A stretch of 64,000 bases of DNA from Candidatus Omnitrophota bacterium (lineage in GTDB: Bacteria; Omnitrophota; Omnitrophia; Omnitrophales; Aquincolibacteriaceae), in contig JBDRCT010000029.1 of the NCBI GenBank assembly GCA_043821445.1, positions 7,317 through 71,316 on the forward strand, written 5' to 3'. The stretch's first letter is position 1; every line of letters begins with the position of its first letter. A program made the position numbers and the translations under genes. The notes under the pieces are model-generated. The model did not search any database. It was not told where the DNA came from and saw nothing but the letters and a program-made list of their open reading frames with translations. Shown here one piece after another: positions 40,375 to 49,650 of the stretch.

Positions 40375-40422
40375 TCTTGGGCCGAGTCTTCACCTAAGCC
40401 CTCTTTAAATCTGATTCTGTTA

Positions 40423-40641
40423 TTGAAAAAAGGGCCGGATTCACCTAATATCTTCACCTCGTCTCATCGGGAAGCGTTTGATGCTGTGTTAACGCGGGCG
40501 GAGATTAAGGATGCCTCGTTACATTCATTGTGCCACACCTTCGCTTCTCATTTGGTAATGAGAGGCGTTGACCTTGTGACCGTTTCGAAACTGCTGGGGC
40601 ATGTGTCGATCCAAATGACCATGTGCTCTACAGCCATTTAG
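40423..40641 (+). pseudogene. tyrosine recombinase/phage integrase C-terminal fragment (remnant)
   Basis: …LHSLCHTFASHLVMRGVDLVTVSKLLGHVSIQMTM… corresponds to the integrase catalytic box II region (HxLRHTFA…LLGH.S…T). The N-terminal ~250 aa are absent and the catalytic Tyr context has degenerated (MCSTAI instead of RYAHL). Confidence 0.6.
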
Positions 40642-40703
40642 GTCCCGAGCATCAGGCGAGAGCTGTAGATGTTTTGGATGGTTTTTGGGGGCCTACGAGT
40701 CAA

Positions 40704-40729
40704 AAAATAGACACAAAATGGTCACAAGG
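40704..40729 (+). repeat. second copy of the 26-nt direct repeat
   Basis: Identical to 30991-31016. Confidence 0.7.
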
Positions 40730-40803
40730 CCGGATTTTTACGGATGTAGTCGTTGCATTTGAATGCTATTTAAGTCGTTATAGTTGAAGTAGTTATAGCT
40801 TTT

Positions 40804-40887
40804 GCGGGGATGGCGGAACTGGCAGACGCACTGGACTCAAAATCCAGCGGTAGCAATACCATGAGAGTTCGACTCTCTCTCTCCGCA
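40804..40887 (+). tRNA. tRNA-Leu (anticodon CAA), type II with long variable arm, no encoded CCA
   Basis: Acceptor stem GCGGGGA/TCTCCGC, anticodon loop CUCAAAA, variable arm CGGTAGCAATACCATG, T-loop AGTTCGACTCT. Confidence 0.85.
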
Positions 40888-40916
40888 TGATTTTACTTCT
40901 AGGAGATAGCCCGTTC

Positions 40917-43574
40917 ATGGCCAGCGGCTTTAAAGCATATCCTTTCGACGAGATCGAAAAAAAATGGCAGACCTACTGGGCTGACCACAAGACCTTCCGC
41001 GCTCCTGATCCCGGCGAAACCGGCAGCGACAAACTTAAGTATTACGTCCTCGATATGTTTCCTTATCCTTCCGGTTCGGGTCTCCATGTCGGTCATCTCG
41101 AAGGTTATACTGCGACCGATATTGTCAGCCGTTATAAACGCATGCGTGGGTTCAATGTTTTGCATCCCATGGGCTGGGACGCATTCGGACTTCCAGGCGA
41201 GCAATACGCCATCGAAACCGGTACACATCCTCGCGAAACCACCCAAAAGAATATCCAAACCTTCAAGCGCCAGATCCAGCAGGTCGGTTTCAGCTACGAC
41301 TGGGATCGTGAGGTCGATACGACGGATCCCCATTATTTCCGCTGGACCCAGTGGATCTTCATGAAGCTCTTTGAAAAAGGCCTCGCCTACGAATCTGAGA
41401 TCCCGGTGTGGTGGTGCGATGGCTGCAAGACCGTTCTCGCGAACGAGGAAGTGGATGCCAACGGTACCTGTGAACGTAAAGGTCACAAGGATGTCTACCG
41501 CCGCCCGCTTCGCCAGTGGATCCTCAAAATTACCGCCTATGCCGAACGTCTTTTGAAAGATCTGGATCTTTTGGATTGGTCCGAATCCATCAAGGAAATG
41601 CAGCGTAATTGGATCGGGAAATCCGTTGGCGCAGAAGTCGATTTCAGATTGGAAAAAAGTTCCGACGTCATTCGTGTTTTCACCACACGGCCGGACACCC
41701 TGTTCGGAGCGACGTATATGATTTTAGCGCCGGAACACCCCCTGGTGGCAAAGATTACGACTCCGGCCCAAACGAAGGCCGTGCAAGCTTATGTGGCCAC
41801 CGCGACGCACAAATCCGATCTTGATCGCACCGATCTTGCCAAAGAAAAGACCGGCGTTTTTACGGGCGCTTATGCGATCAATCCCGTGAATGATAAGAAG
41901 ATCCCGGTCTGGATTGCGGATTATGTGCTTATGGGGTATGGAACCGGTGCGATCATGGCTGTTCCTGCGCATGACACTCGTGATTTTGAATTTGCGAAAC
42001 AATTCGGATTGGATATAAAAACAGTTATCATTCCAGATGAAGCGTGGGCAATAGAACACGGAAAGAGCATTTCATTAACTGAAAATCTGGAAAATCTTAA
42101 GGACAAATATCGCGATGCGATTCTATCAAGAAGTGTAGTTGCCCCCGAAATAGCTCGGTTAATAGAGAATGGCTCATGGGATATGCAGCAAGCAGGTCCG
42201 GCATTGCGAGGGGCTTATATTCGTTGGCCAGAAAAATTTGATACTGCTTTTACTGGTGTTGGGTTTTGCATAAATTCTAAGACGCCGAATCAAACATTTT
42301 CGATCGATGGAATGTCTAGCGATGCGGCGATTGAAAAAATCACCGCATGGTTAGAAGAGAAAAAAATAGGGAAAAAAACAGTCCAATATAAATTGCGCGA
42401 CTGGCTCTTTAGCCGCCAGCGCTACTGGGGTGAGCCGATCCCGGTTGTTCATTGTGCAAAATGCGGTCCGGTCCTTATTCCTGAAACTGAACTGCCGCTC
42501 AGACTTCCGGAAATGAAGGATTATACGCCGACAGAGAATGCGGAACCGCCGCTTGCCAAGGCCAAGGATTGGCTCCATTGCAAGTGTCCGAAATGTGGCG
42601 GCGCAGCCACGCGCGAAACGAATACCATGCCCCAATGGGCGGGCTCGTGCTGGTATTATCTTCGTTATCTCGATCCCAAAAACACGAAGGCCCCGGTCGA
42701 TCCCCCAAAAGAGAAATACTGGATGAATGTGGATCTTTACGTCGGAGGCGCGGAACATGCGGTGCTTCATCTGCTTTATTCAAGGTTCTGGCATAAGATA
42801 CTTTATGACCTTGGGATCGTCTCCACGCCCGAGCCATTCCAGAGGCTTACGAACCAGGGTATGATCCTCGGCGAAGATAGCCAGAAAATGTCCAAATCGC
42901 GGGGCAACGTGGTCAATCCCGATGAGATGATCGCGCAATACGGCGCCGACAGTCTCCGGCTTTACGAAATGTTCATGGGACCTTTGGAAATGACAAAGCC
43001 GTGGGCGAATTCCGGCGTGGAAGGTGTCTACAGATTTCTCGGGAAAGTGTGGAGGCTTTTTATCGATAAGGACGACAGACTGCACGCCAGTATCGCCCAA
43101 CGTGTCCCCAGTGCCGTCGAATTGAAGACACTCCACAAGACGATCAAAAAAGTGACGGAAGATCTGGAAGGGTTACGTTTTAACACGGCGATCTCGGCTT
43201 TGATGATCTTCATGAACGAAATTGCACAGGAACGAGATCACACGAGGGAAGTGCTGGAGAAATTCTTGCTCCTTTTGGCACCTTTTGCGCCTCATGTGGC
43301 AGAAGAACTATGGCAACGTTTGGGTCACAACCAGACGCTTGCTTATGAAAAATGGCCCGAGTATGATGAAAGGTATCTTGTCGAGGAAGAAACAGAACGG
43401 GCGATCCTGATTGGCGGTAAAGTTCGAGATAAAATAGTCGTTCCTCGTAACCAAGACGAGGAAACTATTAAAAAACAAGTATTAGAATTACCGAAAATCC
43501 GAGCGCTTACGAATAACGGTAAAAATGTTAAAAGGATTATCATTAAAGCCAACACTATAAACTTAGTTGAGTAA
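40917..43574 (+). CDS. leuS: leucyl-tRNA synthetase
   Basis: AGGAGA RBS then ATG 40917. HMGH-type class I motif (…[16 protein letters not shown]…) and KMSKS (QKMSKSRGN). 885 aa. Confidence 0.9.
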   Translation: MASGFKAYPFDEIEKKWQTYWADHKTFRAPDPGETGSDKLKYYVLDMFPYPSGSGLHVGHLEGYTATDIVSRYKRMRGFNVLHPMGWDAFGLPGEQYAIETGTHPRETTQKNIQTFKRQIQQVGFSYDWDREVDTTDPHYFRWTQWIFMKLFEKGLAYESEIPVWWCDGCKTVLANEEVDANGTCERKGHKDVYRRPLRQWILKITAYAERLLKDLDLLDWSESIKEMQRNWIGKSVGAEVDFRLEKSSDVIRVFTTRPDTLFGATYMILAPEHPLVAKITTPAQTKAVQAYVATATHKSDLDRTDLAKEKTGVFTGAYAINPVNDKKIPVWIADYVLMGYGTGAIMAVPAHDTRDFEFAKQFGLDIKTVIIPDEAWAIEHGKSISLTENLENLKDKYRDAILSRSVVAPEIARLIENGSWDMQQAGPALRGAYIRWPEKFDTAFTGVGFCINSKTPNQTFSIDGMSSDAAIEKITAWLEEKKIGKKTVQYKLRDWLFSRQRYWGEPIPVVHCAKCGPVLIPETELPLRLPEMKDYTPTENAEPPLAKAKDWLHCKCPKCGGAATRETNTMPQWAGSCWYYLRYLDPKNTKAPVDPPKEKYWMNVDLYVGGAEHAVLHLLYSRFWHKILYDLGIVSTPEPFQRLTNQGMILGEDSQKMSKSRGNVVNPDEMIAQYGADSLRLYEMFMGPLEMTKPWANSGVEGVYRFLGKVWRLFIDKDDRLHASIAQRVPSAVELKTLHKTIKKVTEDLEGLRFNTAISALMIFMNEIAQERDHTREVLEKFLLLLAPFAPHVAEELWQRLGHNQTLAYEKWPEYDERYLVEEETERAILIGGKVRDKIVVPRNQDEETIKKQVLELPKIRALTNNGKNVKRIIIKANTINLVE

Positions 43575-45621
43575 GATGCCTAAAGTCGAGATCAAAGACC
43601 AGAAGATCTTTGTCGGGAAGAAAGAAGTGCCGCTCATTTCCGGCGAAGTCCATTACTGGCGCCTCAATCCCCACTATTGGCGTGAAGCACTCCACCGCGT
43701 TAGGGAAATGGGACTTGAGATCATTTCGACGTATGTTCCCTGGGATTTTCACGAGTATAAGCGGGGCCATTTTGATTTTACCGGCAAGACCGATGCTGCC
43801 CGCAATCTCAAAGCATTCCTCGAATTGACCCGCAAAGAGAATTTCTGGCTTATTCTCAGGCCGGGACCCTATATTTATAGTGAATGGCCGCGGGATGGCG
43901 TTCCTGATTATGCCTACAAATATCATCGCCTGCATCCCAAGTTCCTGTCCTATGCCAAAGAATATTTGAATCAAGTAAGCAAGATCTTTATGCCCTATCT
44001 GGCGTCCCGAAAGAACGGCCATATCCTGATGCTTCAGGCGGATAATGAGATCGATCCATGGCCGGACATATTCGGACATCAGTACGGACTTTCGGAGAAG
44101 CCGGGACTTTTCCAGGATTTCATGCGCGATCTTTACAAGGGGGATCTTCCGGCGCTGAACGAATGCTGGGGCACGAATTATGCTTCCTTCCTGGAAGCGT
44201 CGCCTTTTATCGCGACCATGCTTGCCCACGAAACGGGGCTTCCGCTTAAGGGGGATAAAGAGCTTAAGCGGCATCTTGATTATTTTAAATTCAAGTATGG
44301 GTATTCCAAGGAGGTCGCGAAGAGAAGCATCCGGATGTACCGCGATCTCGGGGTCGATATTCCGATCTACTTGAACACCTATCCGTTTTTTTATGCGCAC
44401 GATTGGGCTGATTTCCAAGAAGTCGCGGACGGGGTCGGACTGGATCTCTATCCTTCCAATGAACTCAAAGAAGATGAGTTCGAGCATCGCAAGCTTTGCG
44501 ACAAGATCCGTTATCTTGTGAGTGTTTCCAAGCTCCCGTTTATCGCGGAATTCCAGTCGGGCATCTGGCACGGCCGTCATTATGAAACCAGTGTGCTCAC
44601 GCCCAACCATTACCGGATGATCTGTTTTTCTGCGCTTCTTGCCGGGATCAAAGGGTGGAATTGGTACATGCTTGTCAATCGTGATAATTGGTACATGTCG
44701 CCGATCAACGAATGGGGCCGGGTGCGTGGTGAACTTTATGATGTTTTCAAAAAGATTGTTTCCGTTTTTAAGCAGTTAAAACCGACCTCGCTTCAGAAAC
44801 TGACCGAGATCGGCGTCACTTTCAACCCACTCCAGTATGCGGCCCGGACGCTTACGCACAACAGTCCCATTCTTACCGCGCTTTACCAAGGAGATGTGGA
44901 CTATGACGTGTGCGATCCTCGTTGCAAACTTCCCAAGAAGAAAGTAGTCTTTTACTCTGGCAATCAGTGGCTTGAGAAAATCGCACATCAGAACCTGCGA
45001 CGTTATGTGGAGGAAGGCGGAACTTTGGTGGCGTTCCGGTCATTCCCGCGCAAGGACAACGATTTTAAACCGTATCAAGTGGTCGGGTTTGAGGAGCCAG
45101 AGCGCACTCTTTTTGAGTTCAAGAGGCAATTCACATTAATGCTCGACAGGGGTGTCGCACCGATCGCTGTCAATAGTTCGGTTTATGTTTTTAAGGCGAA
45201 GGGATGTAAAAAGATCCAGGTGGATCTCGGGACCTACGGAAAACAGACGGTCGGATACATTAAAAAAATCGGCAAAGGAAAGATCATACACTTAGGTGTG
45301 GAACCGATGCCGAATTTAGTGCTTGGGGTTTTGAACTCTCTCAAAACACCGCTGGTCAGTAATTCAATGACTCGGGATGTCAAAACAGCGCTTTTTAGCC
45401 GAAGCAGACGTTATTTTCTTGTGGTAGTCAATAACGGCAATGAAGATAAAAGCGCCGCGGTCTATCTTCCGGCGCTTGCCAAAATCATGGGGAAAATGAC
45501 CGTCCGCGATTTGATGAGCGGAGAAGTGGCGGTTTATTCGAAAGAGGGTCGTCATCCACTCAACATTCACGTTGCACGCAAAGACGGCCGGGTTTTAGAG
45601 ATGACGTTCTCCCGCGGTTAG
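43567..45621 (+). CDS. glycoside hydrolase family 35-like beta-galactosidase
   Basis: …[10 protein letters not shown]…[26 protein letters not shown]…[32 protein letters not shown] matches the GH35 catalytic-domain pattern. Confidence 0.7.
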   Translation: MSKMPKVEIKDQKIFVGKKEVPLISGEVHYWRLNPHYWREALHRVREMGLEIISTYVPWDFHEYKRGHFDFTGKTDAARNLKAFLELTRKENFWLILRPGPYIYSEWPRDGVPDYAYKYHRLHPKFLSYAKEYLNQVSKIFMPYLASRKNGHILMLQADNEIDPWPDIFGHQYGLSEKPGLFQDFMRDLYKGDLPALNECWGTNYASFLEASPFIATMLAHETGLPLKGDKELKRHLDYFKFKYGYSKEVAKRSIRMYRDLGVDIPIYLNTYPFFYAHDWADFQEVADGVGLDLYPSNELKEDEFEHRKLCDKIRYLVSVSKLPFIAEFQSGIWHGRHYETSVLTPNHYRMICFSALLAGIKGWNWYMLVNRDNWYMSPINEWGRVRGELYDVFKKIVSVFKQLKPTSLQKLTEIGVTFNPLQYAARTLTHNSPILTALYQGDVDYDVCDPRCKLPKKKVVFYSGNQWLEKIAHQNLRRYVEEGGTLVAFRSFPRKDNDFKPYQVVGFEEPERTLFEFKRQFTLMLDRGVAPIAVNSSVYVFKAKGCKKIQVDLGTYGKQTVGYIKKIGKGKIIHLGVEPMPNLVLGVLNSLKTPLVSNSMTRDVKTALFSRSRRYFLVVVNNGNEDKSAAVYLPALAKIMGKMTVRDLMSGEVAVYSKEGRHPLNIHVARKDGRVLEMTFSRG

Positions 45622-45700
45622 GGACGGTTTTCCTTCGACGGTGTTCTTTTTTGCCGTTATTTGAACGGATGTACCAAGTGATTTCTGGAAAGGAAAGAAT

Positions 45701-46510
45701 ATGTATGAAGCCTTTTTTGGATTGAGAGAACCCCCCTTTAATATGACGCCGGACCCGCGTTTTGTTTATCTGAGCCACCATCATCAAGCTGCGCTGGCCG
45801 CAATGTCCTATGGTGTGAACCGTCGCTCTGGGTTCATCCAGATTACCGGTGAGATCGGGGCTGGGAAGACGACGCTTTCGCGTATGTTTCTTCAGCAGCT
45901 AAACGAGAATGTGCATAGCTCGCTGATCTTCAATCCCAAACTTTCCGAGCTGGAGCTTTTGCAGGGGATCGTCGAGGATTTCGGGCTGAAACCCAAGTTG
46001 AAGCGGCGCAAAGATTACTTTGATTGCTTGAACCGTTTTCTTCTTGAAGAGAGCGCCAAAGGATTTAACTCGGTTTTGATCATCGATGAGGCGCAGCTCC
46101 TCCCAGCGCGGGCTTTGGAGCAGATCCGTCTTCTTTCGAATCTTGAGACCACGACGCAAAAGCTTTTGCAGATCATTCTTATGGGGCAGCCGGAGCTGAA
46201 AGACCTTCTCAAGCGTCCGGACCTTAAGCAACTCCGGCAACGCATTACGGTGCGTTATCATTTGCCGGAACTGAGCCTGGAAGAAGTAGGGCAGTATATC
46301 GCGCATCGTTTGAATGTGGCGGGGGCAAGCGAGAATTTTTTTACTGCCGAAGCTATGCAGCGTATCTACGAAATTTCCACGGGGATTCCAAGGATTATTA
46401 ATGTGTTGGCAGACCGGGCTTTGCTCGCTGCCTATACCCGAAGTGCTTTCGTGATCGATCCGCTGTTGGTGGAATGTGCCGAAGCCGATCTCCAGGGAGC
46501 AAGCGTATGA
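45701..46510 (+). CDS. ExeA/GspA-like AAA ATPase (type II secretion / secretin-assembly accessory protein A)
   Basis: Walker A GEIGAGKTT. AAA_22/ExeA family N-terminus (…FGLREPPFNMTPDPRFVYLSHHHQAALAAM…). Confidence 0.7.
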   Translation: MYEAFFGLREPPFNMTPDPRFVYLSHHHQAALAAMSYGVNRRSGFIQITGEIGAGKTTLSRMFLQQLNENVHSSLIFNPKLSELELLQGIVEDFGLKPKLKRRKDYFDCLNRFLLEESAKGFNSVLIIDEAQLLPARALEQIRLLSNLETTTQKLLQIILMGQPELKDLLKRPDLKQLRQRITVRYHLPELSLEEVGQYIAHRLNVAGASENFFTAEAMQRIYEISTGIPRIINVLADRALLAAYTRSAFVIDPLLVECAEADLQGASV

Positions 46511-46986
46511 GTCTGATCCAACAAGCTTTGGAAAAAACAAAGCGCATGCAAGAGACGAGAACTACGAATCCCCCTTCGACTTCGAGGACATATGAACGTG
46601 ATCCGATGGGGGCTGCTCTTGAACAGGAGCTCATCCAGGTCCAGCAATCCTATGCCAAGAGGCGAAAGTTATATTGGTTGGTTTTTTTGGCGCTACTCTT
46701 GGTGTGTCTTGTCACCGGACTTTTCTACCTCGGGAGCCGTAACAAAAATGTTACGCCCAAGAAAGCTGAGTCTGGGGGGGTGCCGCAGGTTCCGGTAAAG
46801 ATCGTCTCCGGGTATCTCTACCGGCTTACCGGCATCACGAATGTTAGCGGCAAGGCCATAGCGGTGATCAACAATCGGCTTGTTGGTGTTGGGGATGTGC
46901 TTAACAACAGAGCTGTTGTTATGGCGATCGGGGAGGGCGAAGTCCGCCTGGGCGTCGAGGATAAAGAGATCATTCTGACGATGTAG
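46507..46986 (+). CDS. GspB/ExeB-like protein (single TM helix + C-terminal GspB domain)
   Basis: ATGA overlap with the upstream gene. The C-terminus …LTGITNVSGKAIAVINNRLVGVGDVLNNRAVVMAIGEGEVRL resembles the GspB C-terminal domain. Confidence 0.5.
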   Translation: MSLIQQALEKTKRMQETRTTNPPSTSRTYERDPMGAALEQELIQVQQSYAKRRKLYWLVFLALLLVCLVTGLFYLGSRNKNVTPKKAESGGVPQVPVKIVSGYLYRLTGITNVSGKAIAVINNRLVGVGDVLNNRAVVMAIGEGEVRLGVEDKEIILTM

Positions 46987-47001
46987 GAGATCCGGTTACG
47001 A

Positions 47002-47097
47002 ATGCCGTCCTTTTCTAAATATCAAAATACCATCCTTCTCGTCCTTCTTTTAGTCCTCGCCCTGGTTATCGCTTTTCGGTATTGGCAGCTGGCCTGA
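47002..47097 (+). CDS. possible 31-aa single-TM mini-protein (MPSFSKYQNTILLVLLLVLALVIAFRYWQLA)
   Basis: AGGAGA RBS about 11 nt upstream. Hydrophobic core. Below the ORF-track length cutoff. Confidence 0.3.
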   Translation: MPSFSKYQNTILLVLLLVLALVIAFRYWQLA

Positions 47098-47248
47098 AGC
47101 AAAAGGGCGCGTAGCTCATCGTAGGTCCTCCTCGGATACTGTTTTCTTTCGCGTTCATTCGATTTCCAACAGCGGCCACCATGAAAGCGAAAATTTTTCT
47201 AAAATAAAAGTTCATAAAAATCAATTTTATATTGTATAATAAACAAAT

Positions 47249-49555
47249 ATGAAGCTGCCATTTTTATGGATCGCAATGGGGTTTTCGCTAGGGATCGTGA
47301 CAGAAAAGTATTGGAATCTTCCCTTCTTATGGGTTGAATGCGGACTTTTCGCAGGGATCGTTCTGCTGTGGTTCTTCCGTGGGAAAAAGTGCTTTGGGGT
47401 GCTTTTTGTGCTTCTTGTGGGATTCTCAGGAGTTCTTTGGGCGCGTCTTGACGCTTATGTTCCGGTGAATGCGGTCCAACACTTTGCAGGTACTGAGCGC
47501 GTGTCGCTCAGGGGGGTTGTTGATTCCTTGCCGGAGATAAAGACGCACGGGAAAAGGAAAACAGTCTCCTTTGTTCTTTCCGCAAATTCGATCACAAAAA
47601 AAGAAAACGGGCGCCGGAAGTTCCTCAAAATAACCGGGAAGGTCCAGGTTTTTTTGCTTCAGTCGCCGGTGATTCCGCAGGTGGGGGACGAGCTTCGACT
47701 TTATGGGGATTTAAACTTGCCCCGTGAAGCTCTCAATCCTGGGGAATTCGATTATGGGAAATTTTTAGAGCAAAAAGGTATCCACGCAATTTTCACGACG
47801 ATCGGAAAAAAAAGCGCGCGGATGACAAAGGAAGGGAATTCTTGGGCCCCAGCCAGGATGATTGCTGTCTCGCGCCGGCACCTTGCAGAGCTTGTGGATA
47901 AAATCTACCAACCTCAGGAAGCCGCGATCGTCAAAGCGCTCGTGCTTGGCCTCCGCAGCGATGTTTCGCCCGAAGTCCGTAGCCAATTCATGAAGACCGG
48001 GACAATCCATTTGCTTGCGATCAGCGGGATGAATATCACTATGATCGCCGGAACATTCTATTTGATATTTCTATTTTTCGGAATGGGGTTTCGGAGAGGC
48101 TCGTGGGTCACTATTCTGATCGTGATTGTTTATGTCGGTCTTGCAGGGTCCGGGATCCCTATCCAACGTGCGGGATATGGCGCGGTGCTGGTACTCCTCG
48201 CGGTGCTAGCCGGGAGGCCGGCTCACCTCTTAAATTCTCTCTGTTTTGCTTTTTTTGTGATACTTGTCTGGAATCCTCAAAGTTTCTGGAACATCGGATT
48301 CCAACTTTCTTTTCTTTGTGTTTTTTCGCTTATTTTGATTCTGCCGCTTTTGGCTCGAGTCAATGCGTGGATCCTTTCCTTGGGCTCAAGTCTGGCGGTG
48401 CTTTTCGGAACGTTCCCTGTCGTGATTTATTATTTTAATATTTTTTCACCGGTCAGTGTTCTAGCGAACATTGTGGCTATTCCACTCTGTGATGCAGCGC
48501 TGTTCATGTCGCTTTTCGCACTCTTGCTCTCAGGGGTGCCATTTCTGAGCATTGTTTTTTTGAAATTTTCTTCCTGGATTATTGTGTGTTCGCTTGTTTG
48601 GGTGAAATGTCTTTCTGCGTGGCGATGGGGGTACTGGTTTCTCGAGCGACCATCCCTCGGTCGACTTGCGGCGTATTACGCGTGCATGGGGATGATCTTG
48701 TTTTTCCATAAAAGGGCTTTTCGCGGAAAACGTTTTCTTATGACCTGCTTAATCGGTTGTTGGATAGGTTTTTCGGTCCTATTTTTCATAGGACCAGGAG
48801 GAAAAGAGTTTACGCTTACAATGCTTGCAAGTGGCAGGAACCAGATCGTATGCGCGCGATTTTCAAACAAAGCATGCTGGCTTCTGAACGCTGGAAGGAG
48901 TTTTCCATCCGATCAGGGTGAATGGCTGATCGCTCCCTTTCTGCGGAACCAGGGGATTCGACGTCTGGAAGGGATACTGTTCTCCGATCTTTCCAAAAAG
49001 CACACGGGAGGTCTCCTATCGGTCTTGAGAGATTTTCCAGTCCGTTATCTTCTTTATCCTGCCGTATCCCTCTATCGGCCCGGCGAATTTCACAAAAACC
49101 TTCTTAAATTGAGCCGCAAAGCTAAGAATTTTCAGCAAGGAGACGAGGTGTTGATGGGGACGGAGAAAATAAGGATGATCGCGCAGTCACAAAAGGGTGC
49201 CGCTTATCTGATCCAATCCGGTCCGTGGCGTATTCTGTTCATCTCGCAGTGGGAGTCCGGGCTTTTCAGGGAATTACTTCGGGGGCATGAGGACGCGGAT
49301 GAGATCCACGCAGTTTTTTTGCCGGCATTGGGGCATGGAATTCCAATCGAAGTTCGAGATTGGCTAGAGCGAGTTCGGCCATTGCTTGTTGTTTTCCCGG
49401 ACTTCCAGGAGGAACTTGCTTCGTATTTTTCCGTCCGCTGCGTTCCTTTTCTTGCTCTGAAACATACCGGTGCGTTGCATTTCAAGAGAAGTGGTTCCCA
49501 GCTTGTGCTGGCGTCGTTCTTGAGGGGACCTTTGGGTGTTTATTCGTACCTGTGA
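47249..49555 (+). CDS. comEC: DNA internalization-related competence protein ComEC/Rec2
   Basis: 768 aa polytopic membrane protein with a DUF4131-like N-terminus, a competence domain and a C-terminal metallo-beta-lactamase-like region. Confidence 0.8.
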   Translation: MKLPFLWIAMGFSLGIVTEKYWNLPFLWVECGLFAGIVLLWFFRGKKCFGVLFVLLVGFSGVLWARLDAYVPVNAVQHFAGTERVSLRGVVDSLPEIKTHGKRKTVSFVLSANSITKKENGRRKFLKITGKVQVFLLQSPVIPQVGDELRLYGDLNLPREALNPGEFDYGKFLEQKGIHAIFTTIGKKSARMTKEGNSWAPARMIAVSRRHLAELVDKIYQPQEAAIVKALVLGLRSDVSPEVRSQFMKTGTIHLLAISGMNITMIAGTFYLIFLFFGMGFRRGSWVTILIVIVYVGLAGSGIPIQRAGYGAVLVLLAVLAGRPAHLLNSLCFAFFVILVWNPQSFWNIGFQLSFLCVFSLILILPLLARVNAWILSLGSSLAVLFGTFPVVIYYFNIFSPVSVLANIVAIPLCDAALFMSLFALLLSGVPFLSIVFLKFSSWIIVCSLVWVKCLSAWRWGYWFLERPSLGRLAAYYACMGMILFFHKRAFRGKRFLMTCLIGCWIGFSVLFFIGPGGKEFTLTMLASGRNQIVCARFSNKACWLLNAGRSFPSDQGEWLIAPFLRNQGIRRLEGILFSDLSKKHTGGLLSVLRDFPVRYLLYPAVSLYRPGEFHKNLLKLSRKAKNFQQGDEVLMGTEKIRMIAQSQKGAAYLIQSGPWRILFISQWESGLFRELLRGHEDADEIHAVFLPALGHGIPIEVRDWLERVRPLLVVFPDFQEELASYFSVRCVPFLALKHTGALHFKRSGSQLVLASFLRGPLGVYSYL

Positions 49556-49577
49556 GCTGTTTTTTGGGTCATTTCTA

Positions 49578-49607
49578 TTGACAATTTTTCTTGCCCCATG
49601 ATATAGT
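49578..49607 (+). promoter_or_regulatory. putative promoter TTGACA-17/18-TATAGT upstream of the 49651 gene
   Basis: Seen in sequence. Confidence 0.4.
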
Positions 49608-49650
49608 AACTCCTCGCAAATTTTCCTAACTTGAAGTTTTTAAACGACTT

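Noticed and set aside
43555-44610. 351-aa minus-strand ORF
   Set aside because: Antisense to the GH35 galactosidase gene, whose plus-strand product has clear homology.
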